A stretch of DNA of 64,000 bases from an uncultured candidate division Zixibacteria bacterium. GTDB taxonomy: Bacteria > Zixibacteria > MSB-5A5 > GN15 > FEB-12. The notes below the pieces were generated by a model. The model made no database searches, was not told the DNA's origin, and saw nothing but the letters and a program-made list of their open reading frames with translations. Positions within the stretch are counted from its first letter, which is position 1. The number at the start of each line of letters is the position of its first letter. The stretch is taken from assembly GCA_963806185.1 (NCBI GenBank), contig CAWDXE010000004.1, positions 1-64,000 of the forward strand, in the 5' to 3' direction. Position numbers and translations under genes: made by a program. Positions 19,579 to 28,844 of the stretch are shown one piece after another.

Positions 19579-20766
19579 ATGGCTAACGATGGACCGTTTC
19601 TGCTCACCAAAGTTGAGTGCCCGATCTGCAAGACGGTGAACGAATTTGAACTGATCCGTGTGGGCGCCTATGCCGAAGAGGGTCGCGATACCGACTTCTG
19701 TCCGATGAACGTGAAGTGGCGATTCCCGCGTTACCAGGGGTATAATCCGCTCGTCTTCTTTACCGCGACCTGTTCCAACTGCTTCTACTCTCGGGAACTG
19801 ACCAATGATTATAAGGATTGGAAAAACGACTCCAATTTCCGCACCTACCGCCTGAAAAGCGTCAAGGAGCGACACCTCGAACAGCTCTCGACGGCCGATT
19901 CGGTCATCAAGACCCTGGGTGCCAAAATTGATCTCAATCGGTACCCCAATGAGTCGGCCATCCTGAAACTGCTGCTCGCCATTACCGATGAACAAATGTA
20001 CGATCGCCACAGTCGCCTCGACATCGGCCGTTTCTACTTGAGAATCGCCTGGTTGTTCCGAGATCTCGAAAAGGGCGAGAACCCGAGCCTCCTGATGTTG
20101 CGCGGCATGGTGCACGAGATCGACGAGCAATACAACCGTCTACGCAACTCGTTCGGCGCGCTGGCTCCGGATCTCGATGCCCTGCAGGGTCTCCTGCTCA
20201 ATCACCTCGGCAGTGACGCGCTGTCGGCTGAGGTAAAGGGCCAGATGTACGTCTTCAAGGGACGCTTCGATGAGGAGATTGGTTCTCTGCATCAATCGGT
20301 CGCCCAGGCGGAACAAAAACTGCTCGCGCTGAACGGAATCATTGACGAATACCGCATCGCCGCGCTTGGCGGGGCCGAAGGTCCCGAGGGCGGCAATGGC
20401 TTCGCCGGATATCCGTCCTTTGCCATGTTTCTTGCCGGTCTTCAGAAACGCTGGCCGGGCGCGGTTACGAACGAACGGGAAGCACTGGTCAAGGCGGTAA
20501 ACAATTATCGCGAAGCCTTTGCCAACGGCCACGATATCGCCCCGGGCAACCAGCAGCTACAGGCGTCCTATCTGATCGCCGAGCTGTCCCGACGTGTCGG
20601 TGACAAAGAGACCGCCAAACAGTACTTCACGAGCACCATCAAAGCCGGGCAGGAATTCATCTACCAGAACCGGGCCGACCAATCCCGCACTGCCCTTGCT
20701 CGAAAGATCATGGAACTGGCTATTGAACAGGGAAGAAGCAACCTGGCGTCGATGCGCCCGGCCTGA
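19579..20766 (+). CDS. DUF2225 family protein (Zn ribbon plus helical repeats)
   Basis: CPIC...DTDFCP...NPL....CSNCFYS; LRIAWLFR; YLIAELSRRVG. Confidence 0.8.
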   Translation: MANDGPFLLTKVECPICKTVNEFELIRVGAYAEEGRDTDFCPMNVKWRFPRYQGYNPLVFFTATCSNCFYSRELTNDYKDWKNDSNFRTYRLKSVKERHLEQLSTADSVIKTLGAKIDLNRYPNESAILKLLLAITDEQMYDRHSRLDIGRFYLRIAWLFRDLEKGENPSLLMLRGMVHEIDEQYNRLRNSFGALAPDLDALQGLLLNHLGSDALSAEVKGQMYVFKGRFDEEIGSLHQSVAQAEQKLLALNGIIDEYRIAALGGAEGPEGGNGFAGYPSFAMFLAGLQKRWPGAVTNEREALVKAVNNYREAFANGHDIAPGNQQLQASYLIAELSRRVGDKETAKQYFTSTIKAGQEFIYQNRADQSRTALARKIMELAIEQGRSNLASMRPA

Positions 20767-20788
20767 CGGGAATGACTTAGAGGATGCG

Positions 20789-21553
20789 ATGCCTGAACCT
20801 ACGGAAATAGTCGCGAGCTTACCCGCCAGTCAGCCCCTCAAAGTATGGGAGCGGCTCTGCCTGGTTGTCGGCGATGACCACGACGCCGGCATCTATATCG
20901 CTCGCATCGAAGACTTCATGGGTGGCAACATCGTCATTACCAGTCCCGAATACGTACAGGGAAACACCCTGTTGCGCGACGGGGTCGCTGTCATCGTGCA
21001 GGTAACGCGGGAAGACGCCGTCTATCAATTTCACTCGCAAATCAGGCAGCGGTCGCTGGGCGGGGCGAACCGTGGCTATCTGGCTCCCCCCACCCATCTC
21101 GAACGGGTCCAGCGTCGTCGCTTCGTCCGCATACCTGTGACCCAGGCGGTTCATTACCGTCGGGTCGCCTCGCCGCTGGTCGAACAGGTGAAATGCGATC
21201 GCACCGATTGTCAACGGGCAACCACCATAGACATAAGCGGCGGCGGAGCGTTCGTACGCCTCCCCGAGGCACTAGCCGTCCGCGATCTCATTGTGATGCA
21301 ACTCGACTTCTTGAAGAAAGCAGGTGTCACGGATTGCTTGCTGGCGGTCTGCCAGCGCGCGGTGAACGACAAGCAAGGGATGGCCGCCGGCGTCGAATTT
21401 GTCCTGGCCAACGAGCTGTCGAGTCATTTCACCAGCGCGGAATGCCGCCTGCTGCCCCAAGGCGTCGGACGTTTCGACGTGGCCGCCCAAAACAAGCTCG
21501 TGTCGTTCATCTTCGGCGAACAAATCTCCATGCGCAAAAAAGGACTGCTCTGA
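20789..21553 (+). CDS. YcgR-like PilZ domain protein (flagellar brake)
   Basis: N-terminal barrel, then QRRRFVR...DISGGG c-di-GMP motifs; ATG at 20789 follows GAGG. Confidence 0.85.
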   Translation: MPEPTEIVASLPASQPLKVWERLCLVVGDDHDAGIYIARIEDFMGGNIVITSPEYVQGNTLLRDGVAVIVQVTREDAVYQFHSQIRQRSLGGANRGYLAPPTHLERVQRRRFVRIPVTQAVHYRRVASPLVEQVKCDRTDCQRATTIDISGGGAFVRLPEALAVRDLIVMQLDFLKKAGVTDCLLAVCQRAVNDKQGMAAGVEFVLANELSSHFTSAECRLLPQGVGRFDVAAQNKLVSFIFGEQISMRKKGLL

Positions 21554-21554
21554 T

Positions 21555-22319
21555 ATGACACAGTCTCCCATCAACCCTTCATCCGGCGTCGCCTTTGAAA
21601 CCCAGTTGCTGAATGTCTCCGATCTGGTCGGGCGAGAGATGAAGCTCTACTCTGAACAGCTCCCGGGCAAGGAATTGACGTGCAAAGTGCTCGCCGTGCA
21701 GGAACGAACGCTCAATATCGGCGCCACCGGCAGCACCCTGCTCGACAGCCTGGTCAATCGTCAACACGTCATCGTCCAGTTTCCATACAAAGGCGAGGAT
21801 GTTTCCATCCGCGCCCAACTGCGGCGGACCGAGGGCGGTCGCTGCTTTCTCCAGCTCGAGGAAAAGGTCGTTCCATTGACGCGCCGCCGTTGGCGTCGGT
21901 TCAATATCATCCGCCCGGTTCGACTGGCTGCCTTTCCGCGCATCAGCACGAATAATTCGAGCATTGCCAAACTTCGCTGGATCGGCACAGACACCGTCAA
22001 TTTTTCCTCGGGCGGAGCACTGGTCACCGTGCCGTCGCTTTTGGATAAGGACATCTGCCTGATTATGAATGTCGAACTTGCCGGCGAGGTTCCGTTTCCA
22101 TCACTGGTGCTGGCGCAGGTGCGTCATTGCTACCAGCCGGAAGCCGGACCGTTCAGCGTCGGTGTGGAATTCATCACGCGAGAAATTGGAAAAACCATGT
22201 TTTCACCGCTGAGACTGCGGGATCTCCCGCCGGTCATTCTGGAATACTCGCAAAGACACCGGAATGAGTTGGACAAGGCACTCAGCGAACGATACCCCGA
22301 CAACGTAATGAACGTTTAA
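21555..22319 (+). CDS. YcgR-like PilZ domain protein
   Basis: RRRWRR...NFSSGG...GVEF. Confidence 0.8.
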   Translation: MTQSPINPSSGVAFETQLLNVSDLVGREMKLYSEQLPGKELTCKVLAVQERTLNIGATGSTLLDSLVNRQHVIVQFPYKGEDVSIRAQLRRTEGGRCFLQLEEKVVPLTRRRWRRFNIIRPVRLAAFPRISTNNSSIAKLRWIGTDTVNFSSGGALVTVPSLLDKDICLIMNVELAGEVPFPSLVLAQVRHCYQPEAGPFSVGVEFITREIGKTMFSPLRLRDLPPVILEYSQRHRNELDKALSERYPDNVMNV

Positions 22320-22331
22320 TAGGAGTAAGCC

Positions 22332-22841
22332 ATGAAGGCCAGTAAGAGAAGCAGATTCATCACCGAGGTACCGACAACGGAAGTCGACGTAATCGCTCGT
22401 AAACCGTTCAAGGTGGAAGCGGACAATCGTCGCAAGTTTATCCGCCTCGAAATCGCCGCCCCCATGTCACTGCAGAAGATCAAAGACAGCTACGGCAACT
22501 TCTGGCCGGAAGGGGAGTGGCATCTTGTCAACGGTGTCATACTCAACGTCTCTGCCGGCGGCGTGCTGGTGGAACTCGATCAGACCGTCAACGAAGGCGA
22601 CATCGTGGGCATGCATTTCACCCTCCAGGGTGTGGAACAGCTCAAGAACATCCTCGGCCTCGTTAAACGGGTCGATTTTGACGGCGAAGGCGTGCTGGCC
22701 GGTATCGAATTCGTGACCCACGCCTTTCTGTCCGATCGGCTGAGTCGCCCGGAAATCGACTTGCTGTCGGAAACCTGCTGCAATTTTGACGACGGCGTGC
22801 GCCAGGTTCTCAACAAATACGTCCGCAGCGAGAGCCGGTAA
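22332..22841 (+). CDS. Single PilZ domain protein
   Basis: NRRKFIR...NVSAGG...GIEF; AGGAG RBS. Confidence 0.85.
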   Translation: MKASKRSRFITEVPTTEVDVIARKPFKVEADNRRKFIRLEIAAPMSLQKIKDSYGNFWPEGEWHLVNGVILNVSAGGVLVELDQTVNEGDIVGMHFTLQGVEQLKNILGLVKRVDFDGEGVLAGIEFVTHAFLSDRLSRPEIDLLSETCCNFDDGVRQVLNKYVRSESR

Positions 22842-22843
22842 CT

Positions 22844-23443
22844 ATGCGCGTCGTTGTACTTGTCATTTTCGCGGTTTGCCTGGTTGCTTCGGCCGTGCTG
22901 GCGTCGCCTCAGGATCTTGTGCTCCGCGTGCAGGGAGAGCCGGCCGCCTGGGCCGAAAGTCAATTGGCCGACAAGCTCCATCGTGAGTTCACCCGCAATC
23001 AGGAAGTGCGCGTGCGCATGGCTGATAACCCGCTCCCGGGGCTGCCTCCTTTTCCCGGCAATATCTTTGCTGTCGACAGCCTCCTGGCCTGGGGACGCGA
23101 AGCGCGGGCCGAATGTCTCATGGTGGTCGTCGTCAATTCCCAGCGACTCGAAACCCGTCGGACGTTTAACTTCCCGCTTCTGTTTCACAAGTATGAGGCG
23201 TATGGGGTGATCGACGGTGAACTACGGTTTCTCGACTTGCGAAAGAACCGCCTCACCGTGGCCGAACCGTTTTCGATCGAAATGAAAGGTCCCCGCATCG
23301 TGCAGGGCTCGATGGACGACAACAAGAACGACCCGGATCTGCATCTGACCGCCTCGGAAAAAGCCCTGTTCTTCAGCCGACTTGAAGACAAGGCCGTCAC
23401 CTATTTGGCGGATCGGGTGAATCGTCAGTTGGGAGCACGTTAG
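22844..23443 (+). CDS. Exported hypothetical protein (possibly CsgG/FlgT-like fold)
   Basis: Signal peptide MRVVVLVIFAVCLVASAVLA; lies within the operon; the fold is a guess. Confidence 0.6.
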   Translation: MRVVVLVIFAVCLVASAVLASPQDLVLRVQGEPAAWAESQLADKLHREFTRNQEVRVRMADNPLPGLPPFPGNIFAVDSLLAWGREARAECLMVVVVNSQRLETRRTFNFPLLFHKYEAYGVIDGELRFLDLRKNRLTVAEPFSIEMKGPRIVQGSMDDNKNDPDLHLTASEKALFFSRLEDKAVTYLADRVNRQLGAR

Positions 23444-23446
23444 CCG

Positions 23447-24361
23447 ATGGCGCACACTCGCAACAAATCCGGAGAGACCAAACCGGTTGAACAAACCCGC
23501 TTCTGGGAAAAGATCTCTCTGGTGGCCGAAATTGCAACCGTCTGCCGAAAGGGCACCAGTGATTCCCAGGCGATGACCGAGGCACTGGATTTGATTCGGC
23601 AGATCGTCCCCTTTGACGCCGCGTCACTGTTCGTTTACAACGACGCCAAGCGTCGTCTCGAAGAACGGGTCAGTTTCATGGGCCGGGTCGAGCCCCTCAG
23701 TTTCTTCTCCGTGGGTGACGGTACCGGCCTTACCGGCTGGGCCGCCCGCTCGAAAAAACCCATCCTGCTCGGCGATCGCAGCGGGCAGGAACACTTTGAT
23801 CCGGAGAATGACTTCGGCACCATCCTCATGATCCCGCTGATGGTTGACGATCAGGTGATTGGCGTGCTCAATCTTGGCTGTCGCCAGCCCAAGGCGCTCG
23901 AGGATAAGCACGTCAAACTGATGAGTATCGTGGCCGATCAGCTGGCCGTTTCACTGGAGCGTTTGACCTACGTGCGAAGAATCGAAGCGCAAAACCGTGA
24001 ACTGGCCGAGGCCCATCAGCAACTCGCCCAGGCCCACGAACAGAGAATCAATACCGAACGACTAACCGTCGTCGAACAGCTGGCCGCCTCGGTCAATCAC
24101 GAGATCAACAACCCGCTCGCCGTCATTGTCGGACAAGTCGAGTGTCTGATGCTCGAGAAGACTATTCCTGACCAGAAATCCTGCAATCGCCTCCGCCGCA
24201 TACATGAGGCCGCGCTTCGGATCAGCGACGTAAACCGCAAGCTCATTCGCATCACCAGCGTCGTTACCGAAGATTATCTCAGCGTCCGATCGGGACAAAT
24301 GCTCGATCTGGGCAAGTCGTCAAAGCCATTGGAACCGGTCAAAAGGGGGAAGAATGGATAA
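23447..24361 (+). CDS. GAF plus HisKA (H-box) protein lacking a HATPase domain
   Basis: GAF motifs GTGLTGWAA and IPLMVDDQVIGVLNL; H-box AASVNHEINNPL; ends without N/G boxes. Confidence 0.8.
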   Translation: MAHTRNKSGETKPVEQTRFWEKISLVAEIATVCRKGTSDSQAMTEALDLIRQIVPFDAASLFVYNDAKRRLEERVSFMGRVEPLSFFSVGDGTGLTGWAARSKKPILLGDRSGQEHFDPENDFGTILMIPLMVDDQVIGVLNLGCRQPKALEDKHVKLMSIVADQLAVSLERLTYVRRIEAQNRELAEAHQQLAQAHEQRINTERLTVVEQLAASVNHEINNPLAVIVGQVECLMLEKTIPDQKSCNRLRRIHEAALRISDVNRKLIRITSVVTEDYLSVRSGQMLDLGKSSKPLEPVKRGKNG

Positions 24362-24725
24362 GCCGCTTCAGGCCAACCGACAGTCCGACCTCAACCTGGT
24401 CTCCGAGGTTGATGGGCTCAGCGAAACGGTCAAGACGCTGGCACTCAACCTGGCGATCTATCTGGCCAAGGTGAAATCCCAGAAAAACTCGACTGAACTC
24501 AATCGCCTTGAACCCGATTTCATCCGCCTCGTCAACGGCACGGTCAAGGCGGTGGGTGATCTGGCGCTTATCCTCGACGCCGCCCGGAACAGCGAGAAGA
24601 TGGTGTTCGAGCCGCCCACGGGCGAGGCCTCGCGTGACCACATCGAAACCCGATTGCAGATGATTCTGGAACAGTGTTCCGCCATCCTTGGCTCGCTCAA
24701 TCGGACAAAATCGACCTATCATTAA
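24354..24725 (+). CDS. Hypothetical helical protein
   Basis: Overlaps the previous stop; SETVKTLALNLAI resembles a chemoreceptor signalling helix. Confidence 0.6.
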   Translation: MDKPLQANRQSDLNLVSEVDGLSETVKTLALNLAIYLAKVKSQKNSTELNRLEPDFIRLVNGTVKAVGDLALILDAARNSEKMVFEPPTGEASRDHIETRLQMILEQCSAILGSLNRTKSTYH

Positions 24726-24741
24726 CGAACCGCACTGAGAG

Positions 24742-24768
24742 TCAAGAGATATGGGGAGATGTCGATAC
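24742..24768 (+). promoter_or_regulatory. Candidate sigma28 promoter for the receiver genes and fapA
   Basis: TCAA-N15-GTCGATAC, one mismatch in the -35 box and two in the -10 box, in an intergenic gap. Confidence 0.5.
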
Positions 24769-24832
24769 CGGGAGTAAGGGTCCCCGGCCTGATGCCGGGC
24801 ACTCAAACCGTGCAGCCAAACGCAGGTGGATC

Positions 24833-25249
24833 ATGATTAGTGTGAGTATGGACAAGCTGACTCAGAGGGCGCAGGAGCGCGGTGAGCCGTTCAAGATTCT
24901 CATCGTCGACGATGAGCCGTGGATTCGTGACGTGTTCAAGGACTTCTGCTCCTTTACGGACGCCTTTCACATCGATCTGGCGGCTACCGGGAACGAAGCT
25001 GTTGAAAAGGCGGCGGCGAATAAGTACGATCTGATCACCATGGATCTCATCATGCCCGATCGGTCGGGTCTTGACGCCCTGATCGAGATCAAACGAGTAT
25101 CGCCTCGGGTACCGATCATGGTGATCACCGGCAATGCCACTGATCGCCTGGTCACGCAGGCCGGGGTCATGGGCGCCTGCCGGGTACTCTACAAACCGGT
25201 ATTGATGGAAGACTTCATTGCTGAGTTGACCTCGGCGCTGGTCAAGTGA
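24833..25249 (+). CDS. Single-domain response regulator (CheY-like receiver)
   Basis: ILIVDDE, DLITMDLIMP, VITG, KP; alternative start at 24848. Confidence 0.88.
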   Translation: MISVSMDKLTQRAQERGEPFKILIVDDEPWIRDVFKDFCSFTDAFHIDLAATGNEAVEKAAANKYDLITMDLIMPDRSGLDALIEIKRVSPRVPIMVITGNATDRLVTQAGVMGACRVLYKPVLMEDFIAELTSALVK

Positions 25250-25311
25250 TTGACCACCTCTGGGAGAGCTTCGACCGTAACTGACGATACTGGCGTCGAT
25301 ACAGGAGATAA

Positions 25312-25716
25312 GTGGTGAAGAGCGGAATTACGATACTGGTTGTTGACGACGAGCAGATGATGCGGGATCTCCTGCAGAAGATTCTCTCGCGCGACGGGTA
25401 CAGCGTCAGCACGGCCGAGGACGGTGAAGCCGCCCTCAAGATGCTGGAGTCCGTCTCCGTTGATATCGTCATTTCCGACATCAAAATGCCGCGACTCAAC
25501 GGCTTCGAACTGCTTCGTATCGTCAAGCGCGAATACCCCCGTATCGCCATGATCATGATGACCGCGTACGGTGACAGCTACACCGTCAAGGACGCCCTCC
25601 TGCTGGGCGCCGACGAGTACGTATCGAAACCGTTCAAGAGTCACGAAATATCACTGATTGTAGAACGCGTCTATTGGCGGCTTCTGGCGGCCAGTGGCGG
25701 CAACGTAACGCACTGA
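25312..25716 (+). CDS. Single-domain response regulator
   Basis: ILVVDDE, DIVISDIKMP, MMTAYG, KPF. Confidence 0.9.
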   Translation: MVKSGITILVVDDEQMMRDLLQKILSRDGYSVSTAEDGEAALKMLESVSVDIVISDIKMPRLNGFELLRIVKREYPRIAMIMMTAYGDSYTVKDALLLGADEYVSKPFKSHEISLIVERVYWRLLAASGGNVTH

Positions 25717-25735
25717 AGGGGAAGAGGCAACCACC

Positions 25736-27149
25736 GTGGCCCCCGAAATCGTAAGTTCAGGCACCCGACAGCGCATCAAAGTCGTCGTGGCCAAGGACGT
25801 TATGTCCGCGTCTGTGCTGATACGCAAGCCCGCGACCGACGAGCCACCCCTGACCGTGGAAGAGATCGTGGTCGAACTCAACAGAGAAAATGTTCTCGAA
25901 GGGATCGACAAGTCGGCCATCGCCAGGATCATCGCCAACGATCAGTTTAATACGCCGGTCAAAGTTGCCAGCGGCCTCATGCCGGAGAAGGGTATAAACG
26001 CCTCATTCACGTATCATTTCGATACCAGCGACAAACACAAGCCCAAAGAAGCTTCCGATGGTCGCATCGATTATCACGACATTAACTTCATTCAGAATAC
26101 CACTACCGGCACCGTCCTGGTGACCAAAACGCCGCCCACCGTGGGCTGCGCCGGGCAGGACAGTCGCCGGCAAAGAAGTTATGGGTCCGCCCGGACGCGA
26201 CATTTCCCTTAGCGGCGGCGCCAATACCAAGATTTCCGATGACGGACTCTCACTGGTCGCCGCCGCCAATGGTGTCATCCAGTATGTGCAGGGAAAAGTC
26301 TCCGTCATGGACGTTATCGTGATTCGGAGCGATGTCGATTTCTCCGTGGGCAATCTCGATTGCTGCGGATCAGTCAAAATCATGGGGGATGTCAAGGCCG
26401 GCTTCGACCTGAAGATCGCCGGCGACGTCGAGATTGCCGGCAACGTCGAGGATAGCAGGATCATCTGCGACGGGAGCATCTTCATCAAGGGCGGTTTCTT
26501 CGGCAACGGCACCGGCCATCTCAAAGCCGGTGCGGATATCACTGTGAAATTCGCCGAGGGCCAGAAGATGGAGGCCGGGAATACGATCACGGTCGGTGGC
26601 GAGATTGTAAATTGTCACGTCGTAGCCAAAGAGCGTGTCCAGGTCAAAGGCAAAAAGGGCAAGATCGTCGGTGGCGACGTACGCGCCGGTCGCGAAATTC
26701 GAGCCTCGGTCATTGGATCCGAGGCGGGCACCAAGACGCTGGTCTGGGCCGGGTATGACGCCGCGCTCGCCAATCAGCACGCGAATATCATCAAGGAAGT
26801 GCATCGCCTGCAGGAAGACGGCAATCGCGTCAAGGAAGCACTTGTCGGCCTCTTCAAATTGGAATTGGCGGGACGACTCCCCGCCGAGAAAAAGGCCGTG
26901 CTGACCAAACTTCAGCAGTTTAAGAACGAATTGCCAGAGAACATCAGCCAGCTTGAAGCCCGCAAAGCCGAGATCGAAGCGTCCATGCAGAAACTGCACG
27001 ACTCAAGTATCATTGCCGAGGACGTCATCTACCCGGGCGTTCGCGCCCAGTTTGGCATAGTTTATCGCGACATCCAGGAAGAATCCAAACACTGCCGACT
27101 GACCTTCGAGGGGAACCTCGTGATGATCTCCGACTACCGAGGCGATTGA
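25736..27149 (+). pseudogene. fapA: FapA / DUF342 flagellar assembly protein, frameshifted as sequenced (near 26150)
   Basis: DGRIDYHDINFIQN...KTPPTVG, then shifted GRTVAGKEV...DVDFSVGNLD...GKIVGGDVRA...IYPGV. Confidence 0.85.
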
Positions 27150-27179
27150 TTCCCAATCAGTTGACCCGGTAAAAACAGC

Positions 27180-27208
27180 TTGGCAGTCCGACTCGACCGC
27201 ACTATATT
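27180..27208 (+). promoter_or_regulatory. sigma70-type promoter of tRNA-Ser
   Basis: TTGGCA-N17-TATATT, 28 bp upstream of the tRNA. Confidence 0.55.
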
Positions 27209-27236
27209 GTCTTCCCCAAGTTCCGAGTGTCTGTAC

Positions 27237-27328
27237 GGAGAGGTGGCCGAGCTGGCTGAAGGCGGCGGTTTGCTAAACCGTTGAACGGCCCAAAAGCTGT
27301 TCCCAGGGTTCGAATCCCTGCCTCTCCG
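27237..27328 (+). tRNA. tRNA-Ser(GCT)
   Basis: Acceptor stem GGAGAGG/CCTCTCC with discriminator G; anticodon arm GCGGT-TTGCTAA-ACCGT; long variable arm GAACGGC/GCTGTTC; GGTTCGAATCC; followed by CA rather than CCA. Confidence 0.96.
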
Positions 27329-27444
27329 CATTTTTTTCTTACTTCATCATTACAATAGAGAAGAAGCGCACTTGGGCCACTGGTCCTATGATTGCATGTT
27401 GAAGGTCACTTGACGGCAAACGCCACGGCGGATTGCAGCGGCAA

Positions 27445-28734
27445 CTACTCCGGGCTGGCACACGGCCGCAAAAACAGCATCGTGATATCGTCCGATTGCT
27501 CTGCCCCCGATCGAAAATCAGCGAGTCTCGAGGCAAGCGAAATCCCCATGTCGTGAAGCTGATAACTGTGCGTCTCACGCAACGCCTGCACGAGTCTGTC
27601 CATCCCAAAAAACTCGGTGGCGGCATTCCAGCACTCGGTCACCCCGTCGGTGTAGAGGCAAAGAGTGTCACCGCATTTCAGAGAAATGTCCAGCGTCCGG
27701 TAACCGATCTCAGGCAGAACGCCGACAATAGGATCGGAGTCGGTGAAAGATTCCACTGAGCCGTTTGACCGAACGACGAGTATCGGCAGGTGGCCCGCAT
27801 TGACGTAACGGAACGTCGAGGTCTCCCGGTCAAAGCAACCGTACACGGCGGTTATATACTGGCTTGGACTGGTGAACTCACAAATCAAGCGGTTGAGCCG
27901 ACCAACCAGATCGCCCAGGTCCGGCTGGTGGTCGCCGAGCAGATGTGACCGCATAACAGCCTGGGCGTTTGACATGATGAGCGAAGCCGGAATCCCCTTG
28001 CCCGAAACGTCACCAATGGATGCGAACACAGACTGGTCGCTGAGGCGCAGGATATCGTAGAAGTCGCCGCCAACTTCCCGCGCCGGCACATTCATCCCGC
28101 AGATTTCGCACCAGGACTCGCAGAGCGCTTTGGCGGGCAAAAAACCTTGCTGAATCTCCTTGGCCACTTTCAACTCTCGTTGCCACTGCAGGTCTTTCTG
28201 GAAGAGCTTGACATTTTCAATGATCTTGGCCGTCTGTGTGCCGACGATTCTGAGGAAATCGGCATCGGTGTCCGTGAAGCCCTCCGTCCCATTCTTATTG
28301 AAGACGACCAGAGCGCCGATGATGCCGTCGAGTGACAGCAACGGCACGCCCACCAGTGATCTGATCCCCAGCTTGGCGAAGGGGATACCCCGAAAGCGGG
28401 CGTCGTCGTCCAGGTTGTTGCTGACCAGCACCGTTTTGTGCTTGAGCATCCACCCGAGAAGCGACATATTGAGTGAGAAGGGAATTTCCCTGACAGCCGG
28501 GTTCATACTGCGAATGAATGTTTTGAATTTGTCCATCCGGGGCGTATCGCCGGACAGGAGAAACACCGCCCCCTGTGAAGCCTCCAGCCGCCTGATGCTC
28601 AGGTCGACCGCAATACGGGTGATCTCTTCGACCGACATGGCGATGTTGATGGCGCTCGCAATCTCGCTCAGCGCGGTGACCTCCTCGAGGGCACGGTGCA
28701 GACGATCCCATTCCGCATCGGATACGATTGGCAT
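27445..28734 (-). CDS. GAF plus PP2C/SpoIIE (RsbU-like) Ser/Thr phosphatase
   Basis: AKEIQQGFLP, EVGGDFYD, GDVSGKG, NAGH, LYTDGVTE, DDIT; start could be 28761. Confidence 0.92.
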   Translation of the reverse strand: MPIVSDAEWDRLHRALEEVTALSEIASAINIAMSVEEITRIAVDLSIRRLEASQGAVFLLSGDTPRMDKFKTFIRSMNPAVREIPFSLNMSLLGWMLKHKTVLVSNNLDDDARFRGIPFAKLGIRSLVGVPLLSLDGIIGALVVFNKNGTEGFTDTDADFLRIVGTQTAKIIENVKLFQKDLQWQRELKVAKEIQQGFLPAKALCESWCEICGMNVPAREVGGDFYDILRLSDQSVFASIGDVSGKGIPASLIMSNAQAVMRSHLLGDHQPDLGDLVGRLNRLICEFTSPSQYITAVYGCFDRETSTFRYVNAGHLPILVVRSNGSVESFTDSDPIVGVLPEIGYRTLDISLKCGDTLCLYTDGVTECWNAATEFFGMDRLVQALRETHSYQLHDMGISLASRLADFRSGAEQSDDITMLFLRPCASPE

Positions 28735-28844
28735 AATAAGTCTCGCGTGAATCGGTTTCAACTTTGGCGATTTCAGGATATGGTATGATCAGAAGAAGTG
28801 ACTGTCAACGGCTTTGTCCCGTCAGGAGCCCCCGGTAGGATACC

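Noticed and set aside
25275..25302. Additional sigma28 promoters at GTCGATAC (25295), GCCGATAG (7949) and GCCGATAA (19085)
   Set aside because: None has an acceptable -35 box at 15-16 bp spacing
27329..27331. Defective tRNA because CCA is missing
   Set aside because: Many bacteria add CCA enzymatically, a one-base error is also possible, and the cloverleaf is intact
27400..27445. c-di-GMP-I riboswitch suggested by ggtcac...ggcaaac
   Set aside because: It lacks the GNRA-capped stem and second stem, and it sits downstream of convergent genes
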